A DNA stretch of 64,000 nucleotides from Christensenella sp. (lineage in GTDB: Bacteria > Bacillota > Clostridia > Christensenellales > CAG-138), in contig JAYFPQ010000065.1 of the NCBI GenBank assembly GCA_034927595.1, positions 2,994 to 66,993 on the forward strand, written 5' to 3'. The position numbers were made by a program, and so were the translations under genes. Numbering within the stretch: the stretch's first letter is position 1; each line of letters starts with the position of its first letter. Of this stretch, positions 16,888 through 24,820 are shown in pieces. Below the pieces are notes generated by a model, which did not search any database, was not told where the DNA came from, and saw only the letters and a program-made list of their open reading frames with translations.

Positions 16888-18657
16888 ATGAAGAAGAAAT
16901 TATTCCATAAAATCACGGCGTTAACGCTCACGCGGCGCATCATACAGGTGCTGTCGTTTGTACTTTTTCCGGGGCTGTTTATCACTACCTTTTCGGCGAT
17001 CAAATCCATCTACGTCGCGCTGATTGCGGGAACGTTCAGCGCCTCCGCACTCGCGGGGCAGATTGTCCTCGCGGCGGCGATGCTGCTTATCACGGCGATC
17101 ATGGGGCGCTTCTTTTGCGGGTTCCTCTGCGCGTTTGGCACGATGGGCGACTTTTTCTGGTATTTGGGAACGAAGCTGAAGCTGCCTCGACCCAGGATCG
17201 GCTCAAAAGCAGATCGTATTCTTAAGAAACTGAAGTACGTGATTCTCGTGTTAATCGTACTCCTGATCTGGACGTTTGGCGCGACCATTCTGAACGGAAC
17301 GAACAACCCCTGGACGGTGTTTGGCATGTATGCCTCCGTCAAAGGCTGGGCGGATCTCTCCGCGCTGGTCTCCGTTGGGGCACTGCTGCTGCTGCTGATC
17401 ATCGTCGGCTCGCTGTTCATTGAGCGGATGTTCTGCCGCTATCTTTGCCCGCTGGGCGGCGTGTTTGCGATTGTCTCCAAGTTCCGGCTGTTCAAAATCC
17501 GCAAGCCGCGCACGAAGTGCGGCGCCTGCCGCGCCTGCACAAAGCGTTGCTCCATGGGCATTCCGCTGTATCGAACCAGTGTGGTGACGAGTGCGGAGTG
17601 CATCGATTGCATGAACTGCGTTGAAATCTGTCCGCGCGATAACGTGACGGCCAACCCCAAGCCCGCGTTCGCGGCGGCGGTTGCGGTTGTTGCACTCAGC
17701 GGCATGTACTACGTCGGCAACATTGCCGGCAGCGCAGCCGCGTCCTACCAGACGGTCACGGCGGCGGAGAGCGTCAGCAGCGCAAACACGGCGTCCGCCG
17801 GCCCGTTTGTGGACGGAAGCTATACCGGCAAAGCGGCGGGCTATCATGGTCAAACCTGCGTGCAGGTCACTGTTCAGAACGGCTATCTGGCGGATATCTC
17901 CGTTCTGTCGACGGGCGACGACATGGAGTTCTTTAACCAGGCAAAGAGCGGTGTGATCGCAGGGATTCTCTCCTCGCAGAGCGTCAACGTCGACACGGTT
18001 ACGGGCGCAACCTTCTCCAGCCGCGGCATCATCGACGCGGTGTCCAGCGCTATTTCCGGGGCACTTAAGACCAACAGCGACGTCTCGGTCTTTACGGCGG
18101 ACACGTCGAATCTGACGCCGACGCCCGTACTGACGCCAACGCCGTCTCCGGTGCCCACGCCTACGCCGACCGCGACGCCGGAGCAGACCAACGAAGGACC
18201 GATTACGCTGGCCGACGGCGAGTACACCGGTTCTGGCACCGGATTCCATGGAACGATAAAGGTTGCCATTACCATTCAAAACGGCTATCTCACGGGTATT
18301 CGAATTGTATCGTCCCATGACGATGAAAAATACTTCTCCCGCGCGAAAAGCAAAATGATCGAACGGATCATCTCCGCGCAGAGTCTGCAAGTGGACACGG
18401 TCTCCGGCGCAACCTACAGCAGCCAGGGCATTCTGGAAGCCGTTGCGGACGCGATTGGCAACAACTATCGCACCGCGTCAACCGCGACATCCGCGACAAC
18501 CGCGAAAACGGGGACGGTGGACACGGTTTCCGGTGCAACTACCATTAGTCGCGGTTCCGGCTCCAGCGCCGGTTCCGGCACCGGTTCGAGCGCATCGGGC
18601 GGCGGAACGAACGCAGCGGTCTATTATGACGACGATGATGACTACGACGACGACTAG
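16888..18657 (+). CDS. NapH-like membrane polyferredoxin fused to two FMN-binding domains, with a third short flavinylation motif and an acidic tail
   Basis: Motifs RFFCGFLCAFG and FCRYLCPLG. Two 4Fe-4S motifs (CGACRACTKRC, CIDCMNCVEICP). An extra TM helix follows. Two FMN_bind-like domains end in VDTVTGATFSS and VDTVSGATYSS, with a PT-rich linker between them. Start placed at MKKKLFHK. Confidence 0.8.
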   Translation: MKKKLFHKITALTLTRRIIQVLSFVLFPGLFITTFSAIKSIYVALIAGTFSASALAGQIVLAAAMLLITAIMGRFFCGFLCAFGTMGDFFWYLGTKLKLPRPRIGSKADRILKKLKYVILVLIVLLIWTFGATILNGTNNPWTVFGMYASVKGWADLSALVSVGALLLLLIIVGSLFIERMFCRYLCPLGGVFAIVSKFRLFKIRKPRTKCGACRACTKRCSMGIPLYRTSVVTSAECIDCMNCVEICPRDNVTANPKPAFAAAVAVVALSGMYYVGNIAGSAAASYQTVTAAESVSSANTASAGPFVDGSYTGKAAGYHGQTCVQVTVQNGYLADISVLSTGDDMEFFNQAKSGVIAGILSSQSVNVDTVTGATFSSRGIIDAVSSAISGALKTNSDVSVFTADTSNLTPTPVLTPTPSPVPTPTPTATPEQTNEGPITLADGEYTGSGTGFHGTIKVAITIQNGYLTGIRIVSSHDDEKYFSRAKSKMIERIISAQSLQVDTVSGATYSSQGILEAVADAIGNNYRTASTATSATTAKTGTVDTVSGATTISRGSGSSAGSGTGSSASGGGTNAAVYYDDDDDYDDD

Positions 18658-18672
18658 CGAGTAGGCGCTTCA

Positions 18673-18705
18673 CTCCCCTGCCAGAAACGGCGGGGGAGTT
18701 TTTTT
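18673..18705 (+). terminator. intrinsic terminator
   Basis: CTCCCCTGCC-AGAAAC-GGCGGGGGAG followed by TTTTTTT. Confidence 0.6.
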
Positions 18706-18791
18706 GTGTGTAAAGGGACTCCACGCTGCGTAGGTTGCGCCTAATTACGCGCAATGTTATGCTAACGGCGAAGAGAAGAGGAGTAACCACG

Positions 18792-18845
18792 ATGAACAAC
18801 AATATGACGGGGAGCGCAATTTACGCCTTGTGGGAACAAAGATGA
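18792..18845 (+). promoter_or_regulatory. 17-codon upstream ORF (MNNNMTGSAIYALWEQR) that duplicates the start of the downstream gene
   Basis: GAGGAG RBS lies 8 nt upstream. Its TGA stop overlaps the ATG of the XRE gene as ATGA. 12 of 17 residues match the first 17 residues of the downstream protein. Confidence 0.4.
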
Positions 18846-19426
18846 ATAACTACGTAACGGGGAGCGCAATACGCGCGCTGCGTGAGCAAAAGGGATATAC
18901 GCAAAAACAGCTCGCCGAACGCCTGCTGGTCAGCGACAAAGCGGTGTCCAAGTGGGAGTCTGGTCGCGGACTTCCGGACATCAGCCTGATTGAGCCGCTG
19001 GCAAAGACGCTTGGCGTTTCGGTGGCGGAGTTGCTCTCCGGCGAATATGTTCAAAACCGCAATCGCCACGGAAATATGCTCAAGAGCCGGTTTTACGTTT
19101 GCCCGGTCTGCGGAAACGCGATGTTCGCCACGGGGGAAGGTGCATTCAGTTGCTGCGGCGTGTCGCTGCCGCCGCTCGAACCGGAAGAGCCGGACGAGGC
19201 GCACGAAATTCGAACGGAGCGCATCGAGGACGAGCACTATGTTCGCTTGGACCACCCGATGGACAAGACGCACTACATTTCGTTTCTCGCGTTTGTGACG
19301 GCGGATCGTGTGCAATTTGTCAAGCTCTACCCGGAGCAGAATGCGGAAGCGCGGTTTCACCTATCCGGTCGCGGGGTACTCTACGCGCTCTGCAACCGCC
19401 ACGGGTTATTTAAAAAGAAAATTTGA
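18842..19426 (+). CDS. XRE-family HTH fused to a desulfoferrodoxin (2Fe-SOR)-like domain
   Basis: N-terminal HTH_3 (IRALREQKGYTQKQLAERLLVSDKAVSKWESG). C-terminal CxxC...CC centre-I pattern (YVCPVCGN...SCCG). SOR centre-II ligand pattern: AHEI, DHPMDKTHYI, CNRHG. Confidence 0.8.
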   Translation: MNNYVTGSAIRALREQKGYTQKQLAERLLVSDKAVSKWESGRGLPDISLIEPLAKTLGVSVAELLSGEYVQNRNRHGNMLKSRFYVCPVCGNAMFATGEGAFSCCGVSLPPLEPEEPDEAHEIRTERIEDEHYVRLDHPMDKTHYISFLAFVTADRVQFVKLYPEQNAEARFHLSGRGVLYALCNRHGLFKKKI

Positions 19427-19438
19427 GGAACAAGGACA

Positions 19439-20110
19439 ATGAAGATACTGGTGATCAACGGTTCGCCAAAGGGCGAACAAAGCGTTACGCTGAGCATCAC
19501 CCGCGCATTCATCGAAGGCATGGGCGAAACATACGAAACCATCGATACCATGCGGGTCAACGTGAAACCCTGCCTCGGCTGTTACGCCTGCTGGCGGATC
19601 ACACCGGGCAAATGCGTTCAGCAGGACGACATGGCGGGCATTCTGGATCGAATTCTCGAAAGCGAACTAGTGATTTGGTCGACGCCGCTTTACTGCTACA
19701 GCGTGCCTTCCAATGTCAAGGTGCTCTACGACCGGCTGATTCCGCTGGGCACAATGGAGCAGCGCGTCGACGAAGAGGGCGGCACCTACCACCCCGGACG
19801 GCAGAACATTCAAACGCAGATCATGCTGATCTCCGGCTGCGGTTTTCCGAATCGCGAGAACAACTATGAAGCGATGGACTTTCAGTTTAACCGGATGTTC
19901 AGCCCGACCTGCCCGCGCATCTACTGCGTCGAGTCCCCGCTGCTGGACATTCCGGAAGCAAAGCCTGTAGCGGATCAGTACCTCGCGTATGCGCGCCGCG
20001 CGGGAGCGGAGTTCAAAGCGACGGGTACGATCAGCGCGGAAACACAGGCGCTGCTCGATGCGCCGATGATCCCGCCGGACGTCTACCGCGCGCAGATCAA
20101 CGCACGGTAA
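19439..20110 (+). CDS. flavodoxin-fold NAD(P)H-dependent FMN reductase / iron-sulfur flavoprotein-like
   Basis: Motifs MKILVINGSPKG, KPCLGCYACW and VIWSTPLYCYSVPS. Confidence 0.8.
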   Translation: MKILVINGSPKGEQSVTLSITRAFIEGMGETYETIDTMRVNVKPCLGCYACWRITPGKCVQQDDMAGILDRILESELVIWSTPLYCYSVPSNVKVLYDRLIPLGTMEQRVDEEGGTYHPGRQNIQTQIMLISGCGFPNRENNYEAMDFQFNRMFSPTCPRIYCVESPLLDIPEAKPVADQYLAYARRAGAEFKATGTISAETQALLDAPMIPPDVYRAQINAR

Positions 20111-20152
20111 AATCCATTGAAATCCGCTATACTTCTGCGTAGAATATGATAG

Positions 20153-20190
20153 AATGGATTCGGCGATCAAGTATCGCCGAATCCATTTTT
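20153..20190 (+). terminator. strong hairpin terminator/attenuator between the two flavoprotein genes
   Basis: Perfect 15-bp stem AATGGATTCGGCGAT-CAAGT-ATCGCCGAATCCATT followed by TTT. The AAGGAG RBS of the next gene comes immediately after. Confidence 0.55.
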
Positions 20191-20204
20191 AAGGAGCAGC
20201 GCAG

Positions 20205-20645
20205 ATGAAATCGGTTGTATTATATTACACATTCGGCGGTTCAACGAAGCAGGAAGCGGAGAAGATTGGCGCCGAACAGGAAGCACCCGTCTACCGCGTA
20301 AAGGAAAAGCGCAACCGCAGCACATTTGGCTCGTTTCTGCCCGGCTGCTATCAGGCGTTGAAGCGCAAGCGGTCCAAGATCCTTCCGCTGGAAGTCGATT
20401 TGTCCGCGTTTGATCGCATTTACATCGGCGGGCCGGTTTGGGCGGCATGCCCCGCGCCCGCGGTGAATTCCATCATCGACCTGCTGCCCGCGGGCAAGGA
20501 GGTTGAGGTGTTTCTCTGCGCGGGCGGCAACGATCCGCGCCCGAGCGACGAGGTGACCAAACAGATGATTGAGGCCAAGGGCTGCAAGGTAACGAAGATT
20601 ACTACAATCGCCACCGGAAAGCCACCGGCCAAACTGAAAGATTAG
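20205..20645 (+). CDS. flavodoxin-like protein
   Basis: AAGGAG RBS. Motifs MKSVVLYYTFGGSTKQEAEKI and IYIGGPVWAACPAP, typical of short flavodoxin-family proteins. Confidence 0.7.
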   Translation: MKSVVLYYTFGGSTKQEAEKIGAEQEAPVYRVKEKRNRSTFGSFLPGCYQALKRKRSKILPLEVDLSAFDRIYIGGPVWAACPAPAVNSIIDLLPAGKEVEVFLCAGGNDPRPSDEVTKQMIEAKGCKVTKITTIATGKPPAKLKD

Positions 20646-20662
20646 CTGATACGAATACACAG

Positions 20663-20698
20663 AAAAGCGCGAACGGATTTTTCCGCCCGCGCTTTTTG
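20663..20698. terminator. bidirectional intrinsic terminator
   Basis: AAAAGCGCG...CGCGCTTTTT lies between convergent genes. Confidence 0.6.
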
Positions 20699-20711
20699 TT
20701 TGAACGTGTTT

Positions 20712-21542
20712 CTAGTTCTTCTTCACCGCATTGAGAATTCCGCCGACAATGGCGAACAAGCCGAACAATACGATGTTGACGCAGACGACGCTTGCCCCGC
20801 TCGGCGTTTCGTACACGAAGCTGATCACCATGCCGAGGAAGAACCCGACAATGGCGACGATGGCGGAGAGAATCGTTACGCTCAGATACCGCTTGCCAAT
20901 TCGCATTGCCGTGAGTACTGGAAAGATCACGAGGCTGGAGATCAGCAGCGCGCCCATCATTCGCATGCCGAGCACGACGGTGATAGAGGAGAGCGTTGCG
21001 AGCGCGGCGTTGTACGCGCGCGTGGGAATTCCCGTTGCGCGGGCAAACGACTCGTCAAATGTAACGGCGAACAGGCGCGGATAGAACAGCACAAACAGCA
21101 CGAGCACCACTGCGCTGAGCACGGCGGAGAGAACCGCGTCCCCCTGCGAAAGGGAGAGGATGCTGCCGAACATGTAGTTGTACACGTCCGTATTCATGCC
21201 CGTCGTCATGGAAACGACCATCACACCGATGGCGAGCGAACCCGCGGAGAGCATCGCGATGGCCGCGTCGCCCTTGATGCGCGTGCTCTCGCTCATGCGC
21301 AGCAGCAGAAATGATGCCGCGATACAGACCGGAATTGCGAGGTAGAGCGGGGCAATGTTTGCCGCCGCCGCAATGGCAAGCGCGCCGAAGCCAACGTGGG
21401 ACAGCCCGTCGCCAATCATCGAGAACCGCTTGAGCACGAGGCTGACGCCCAGCAGCGACGCGCAGAGCGCGACGAGCAGACCGACGATCAGCGCGCGGAC
21501 GAGGAACGGATAGGACAGCATTTCGGTCAACGTACTGATCAT
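20712..21542 (-). CDS. znuB: metal (zinc-type) ABC transporter permease
   Basis: ABC-3 family features: FLVRALIVGLLVAL and MIGDGLSHVGFGALA. The protein is polytopic. Its start overlaps the stop of the ATPase gene. Confidence 0.85.
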   Translation of the reverse strand: MISTLTEMLSYPFLVRALIVGLLVALCASLLGVSLVLKRFSMIGDGLSHVGFGALAIAAAANIAPLYLAIPVCIAASFLLLRMSESTRIKGDAAIAMLSAGSLAIGVMVVSMTTGMNTDVYNYMFGSILSLSQGDAVLSAVLSAVVLVLFVLFYPRLFAVTFDESFARATGIPTRAYNAALATLSSITVVLGMRMMGALLISSLVIFPVLTAMRIGKRYLSVTILSAIVAIVGFFLGMVISFVYETPSGASVVCVNIVLFGLFAIVGGILNAVKKN

Positions 21543-22246
21543 TTTGCTTCACCGCCTAAGAATCGTTTGCCGATTTCGCTCTTGCGATAATCCGACGCGG
21601 AGCCGAAGAAGAGCTGTTTGTTGTCCAAATGCAGAATGTTCTTCGCTTCGTGCGCGGCCGCATGCGGGTCGTGGGAAACCATGATGACCGTAACCCCATG
21701 ATCGCGGTTCACGTGCTGAATCAGCCGGTACATCTCCGCCGTCGCCAGCGGGTCCAACCCGGATATCGGCTCGTCGAGGATAATCAGCTTCTGCGTAGCC
21801 GCCAGCGCGCGGGCAAGCAGCGCGCGCTGCTGCTGGCCGCCGGAGAGGTCGCGAAAGCTCGCGTTCTTGAGTTCGGTCAGGCCGACGCAGATGAGCTGCG
21901 CCTGCGCGATCTCCCGCTGCTTTTTCGTATAGAACGGGCGAAGGCCGAGCGAATTGAGCGTTCCGGAGAGCACGACCTCCTGCACGCTGGCGGGAAAGTC
22001 GCGCTGGCTGTCCTTCTGCTGCGGCAGATAGCCGATTTCGCGCGCGCGGAGCCCTTCCTCAAACGAGATGGACCCGCTGGACGGCGCTTTCAGCCCCAGC
22101 AGGCCCTTGACCAGCGTGCTCTTGCCGGAGCCGTTTTCGCCGACCACGCAGAGGTAGTCTCCGCGCTCCACGGCAAACTGGAGGTCGCGAACAACCTCCT
22201 TGCCGTCGTAGCGGAACGATGCGTTCTGAACGTTGATGAATGCCAT
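21539..22246 (-). CDS. znuC: metal ABC transporter ATP-binding protein
   Basis: Walker A GENGSGKST, signature LSGGQQQR, Walker B LIILDEP. Confidence 0.85.
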   Translation of the reverse strand: MAFINVQNASFRYDGKEVVRDLQFAVERGDYLCVVGENGSGKSTLVKGLLGLKAPSSGSISFEEGLRAREIGYLPQQKDSQRDFPASVQEVVLSGTLNSLGLRPFYTKKQREIAQAQLICVGLTELKNASFRDLSGGQQQRALLARALAATQKLIILDEPISGLDPLATAEMYRLIQHVNRDHGVTVIMVSHDPHAAAHEAKNILHLDNKQLFFGSASDYRKSEIGKRFLGGEAK

Positions 22247-22296
22247 GAAACCGGATTGCCTCCTTGGGTTGCGCGATTTATGCGAACCCGTTCGAT

Positions 22297-23262
22297 TTAG
22301 CCGAGCGCCTTTTGCAGCGCGAGCACGTTGTTTTGCATGAGCGAAAGATACGTGGCCCCACTCTCAAACTCCGCCTTGGTCACGTTGTGGCAGGTGTGGA
22401 AGAGCAGCTTCTGTGCGCCGGTTTCTTCGCAGACGGTGTCCGCCATCTTTTGATTCGACATTTCAATATAGAACACGTAGGGGATTTGTTCCGTCCGTAC
22501 ATGGTCAATCAGCGCGGCGAGCGTTGCGGCGGAAGGTTCGGTATCCGTCGAACAGCCGGGGAAGGCGGCGTAATACTGGAGGCCAAACTCCTCAACGAAG
22601 TAGCGAACGGGAAACCGATCCGCAAAGACCATAATCTTGCGAGCAGAACCGTTGACCACGTCCCGGAACGACTGGTCGAGCGCTTCGAGTTGCTTGACGT
22701 AGGCGTCCGAATTGGCCTGATAGGTCGCCGCGTTGGCGGGATCGATCGCGGCCAGCTCGCTCGTCATCGCCTTGACAATCGAAATGGCGTTGACTGGCGC
22801 GGTCCAAACGTGTTCGTCCCACTCGGCTTCCGCGGCAGCTCCCGCGGGCTGCGGCTGCTCCTGTTCGGGCTGCATGCCGTCGGTCAGTTCCTCCTCATAG
22901 AGTGTGACATAATCCATCATCTTGAACGTGTGGACGCTCTTGTCGAGGCCGGAAAGCACGTTTTCCACCCACGTGTCGTTCTCTCCGCCAACGTAGAGAA
23001 ACAGGTCTGCGTTCTGCACGCGAATGATGTCCTGACTCGTCGGGTCGAAGGAGTGCACCTCCTCGCCGGGCTGCAGCAGCATGGTTACGCTGGCGTTTGT
23101 GCCCGCCGTGATCTGGCGCGCAAAGTCGTAGCTGGGGAACACGGTGGAAACAATCGAGATTCCGTCGGTTTTTGCTGCGGTTGGTTGCGGCACGCAGGCG
23201 GCAAGGGACGACAGTAAGAGTAGTAAGAAGATTGCGATTGCAATGATTTTGTGTTTGCGCAT
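22297..23262 (-). CDS. znuA: metal ABC transporter substrate-binding lipoprotein (cluster A-I, ZnuA/AdcA-like)
   Basis: GGAGG RBS. Lipobox LSSLAAC. An acidic Glu/Gln-rich loop (PEQEQPQPAGAAAEAEWDEH). Confidence 0.85.
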   Translation of the reverse strand: MRKHKIIAIAIFLLLLLSSLAACVPQPTAAKTDGISIVSTVFPSYDFARQITAGTNASVTMLLQPGEEVHSFDPTSQDIIRVQNADLFLYVGGENDTWVENVLSGLDKSVHTFKMMDYVTLYEEELTDGMQPEQEQPQPAGAAAEAEWDEHVWTAPVNAISIVKAMTSELAAIDPANAATYQANSDAYVKQLEALDQSFRDVVNGSARKIMVFADRFPVRYFVEEFGLQYYAAFPGCSTDTEPSAATLAALIDHVRTEQIPYVFYIEMSNQKMADTVCEETGAQKLLFHTCHNVTKAEFESGATYLSLMQNNVLALQKALG

Positions 23263-23307
23263 GAAAAGCCTCCAAAGGGTCGGTTGTTTGGGTTGTCCGG
23301 GAATCGT

Positions 23308-23721
23308 TTATTTTCGTTTGCTGCAATTCTTGCAGGTGCCAAAGAGCACCGTCTCTTTTTGATCGAGCGAAAACGCGCTTTGTTCAAGCACCTCGTCGAT
23401 GATCTGCTCGGAGACGGCATGGTTCATGTGAAAGAGGCTGCCGCAAGCGGTGCATTTCAGGTGCAGGTGCGCCTGGCACTCCTCGCAGGCGACGAGCTGG
23501 TATTGAAACCGCCGCCCGCGTTCCCCCGCGAACCGCTTGACCAGCCCTTCCGCAACCAACTTCGGAATCAGGCGGTAGAGCGTGCTCTTTCCGGGGAGTT
23601 GCTCCGACGGACAGCAGGAAGCCAACGCATCGTAGAGTTCCTCAATCGAGAACCCACGATCCGGATGCTCCTTTAGAAAGTCGAGCAAAACCCGCCGCTG
23701 CTGGGTTTCGTACTCCGCCAT
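23308..23721 (-). CDS. zur: Fur-family metalloregulator, probably Zur
   Basis: Winged helix (STLYRLIPKLVAEGLV). Two CxxC pairs (CEEC, CTAC...CKNC). It is the first gene of the zinc ABC operon. Confidence 0.8.
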   Translation of the reverse strand: MAEYETQQRRVLLDFLKEHPDRGFSIEELYDALASCCPSEQLPGKSTLYRLIPKLVAEGLVKRFAGERGRRFQYQLVACEECQAHLHLKCTACGSLFHMNHAVSEQIIDEVLEQSAFSLDQKETVLFGTCKNCSKRK

Positions 23722-23738
23722 GGCATTCGCCTCCGAAA

Positions 23739-23755
23739 ATGAGAATTACTCTCAT
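23739..23755. promoter_or_regulatory. candidate Zur/Fur box ATGAGAATTACTCTCAT
   Basis: Perfect 6-5-6 palindrome in an AT-rich context. It lies 17 nt upstream of the zur start codon, just upstream of the GGAGG RBS. Confidence 0.45.
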
Positions 23756-23876
23756 ATCTTTGCATGGATATATCCGTTTGTCAAGCGGTTTTCGCGTTAA
23801 GTCGGTTCCTACGGCAAAAGAAAAAGGCTTGCGGGAATACCCTACAAGCCTTTGTGCAGCGATTGCCTGTTTTTGC

Positions 23877-24188
23877 TTAGCGGAACTTAACCGCCGTTCC
23901 GTATACGATGACTTCCGCCGCGCCGGACATGACCGCGCTGGAAGCATAGCGAATGTTGACGATGGCGTCCGCGCCCATCTCGGTTGCTTCGGCAACCATG
24001 CGCTTGGTCGCCAGCGCGCGCGCGTCGTTCATCATCTCGTTGTACGCCTTCAACTCGCCGCCAACCAGCGTCTTAAACGCCTGCGTAATGTCTTTTCCAA
24101 TGTTCTTCGTCTGGATGGTGCTGCCCTTTACAAGGCCGAGCGTCTCCAGCTCCTTGCCGGACACATAATCAGTATTGACTAAGATCAT
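23877..24188 (-). CDS. ybjQ: YbjQ/UPF0145 family protein
   Basis: Family-typical sequence: MILVNTDYVSGKELETLGLV...GGELKAYNEM...ARALATKRMVAEA...GADAIVNIRY. The ATG at 24188 is preferred over the GTG at 24197. Confidence 0.8.
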   Translation of the reverse strand: MILVNTDYVSGKELETLGLVKGSTIQTKNIGKDITQAFKTLVGGELKAYNEMMNDARALATKRMVAEATEMGADAIVNIRYASSAVMSGAAEVIVYGTAVKFR

Positions 24189-24396
24189 CTTCTTCACCGC
24201 TCCTTATTTCTTTGATTCGTTGAACGAGCACAAACACGCTCGCGCAAAGCAATCCGAGGGGAATCAATCCGACCAACACCTTGACCCAAACCGGCATTGG
24301 CAGCGAGAGCAATACCAGCAGATACGCCAGCATGTATGCCGAAAGCAAAACCGTGATCACAATCGGCGCAATCATCTTCTTTTGATGCGTATTCAT
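24169..24396 (-). CDS. small two-TM membrane protein
   Basis: 75 aa (MNTHQKKMIAPIVITVLLSAYML...) with two hydrophobic helices. Its 3' end overlaps the ybjQ start by 20 nt. Confidence 0.5.
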   Translation of the reverse strand: MNTHQKKMIAPIVITVLLSAYMLAYLLVLLSLPMPVWVKVLVGLIPLGLLCASVFVLVQRIKEIRSGEEDDLSQY

Positions 24397-24820
24397 CGAA
24401 ACACCTTCTACTCTTTGGAATGCAAACTTTACGGTGGAAACAGGCAATGTTTTAAACGATGCTACTTACTTACGAAAGAGGAATCAGTTCCCGATACTCC
24501 ATATTCCGAGTGTATCAGAAAAAACCTCGCGTGAAAAGATTATGGAGTACAGAACTTATTTCATTGCATCATGTTCAATGTAAGAGCATAAGCGAAGAGA
24601 TGAACGAGCTTCCGAAAACGGATAGACGGTTGAACCGTTAGTTTTTCTTGCATTTCGCTCGACATGGCGTTGGATTCTTATTAAAATATAAACGATAGAC
24701 AATTTCTTCAGTTTTTTGCGATTTCTTGCGATTCGACAGTGAAGCAACAGCGAAACAACAATCGAATACGCCGGTGCGGGCGGGAGCGAACGATGCGCCA
24801 AGCCGGTTGGAGGGAAAAAG

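Noticed and set aside
24448-24820. A 370-nt AT-richer leader upstream of the giant gene, inspected for a riboswitch, small ORFs (24459-24641 plus strand; 24556-24801 minus strand) and repeats
   Set aside because: It contains only short hairpins and a TGCGATT direct repeat. There is no recognisable riboswitch core, no RBS-preceded small ORF and no convincing -35/-10 pair. I leave it unannotated.
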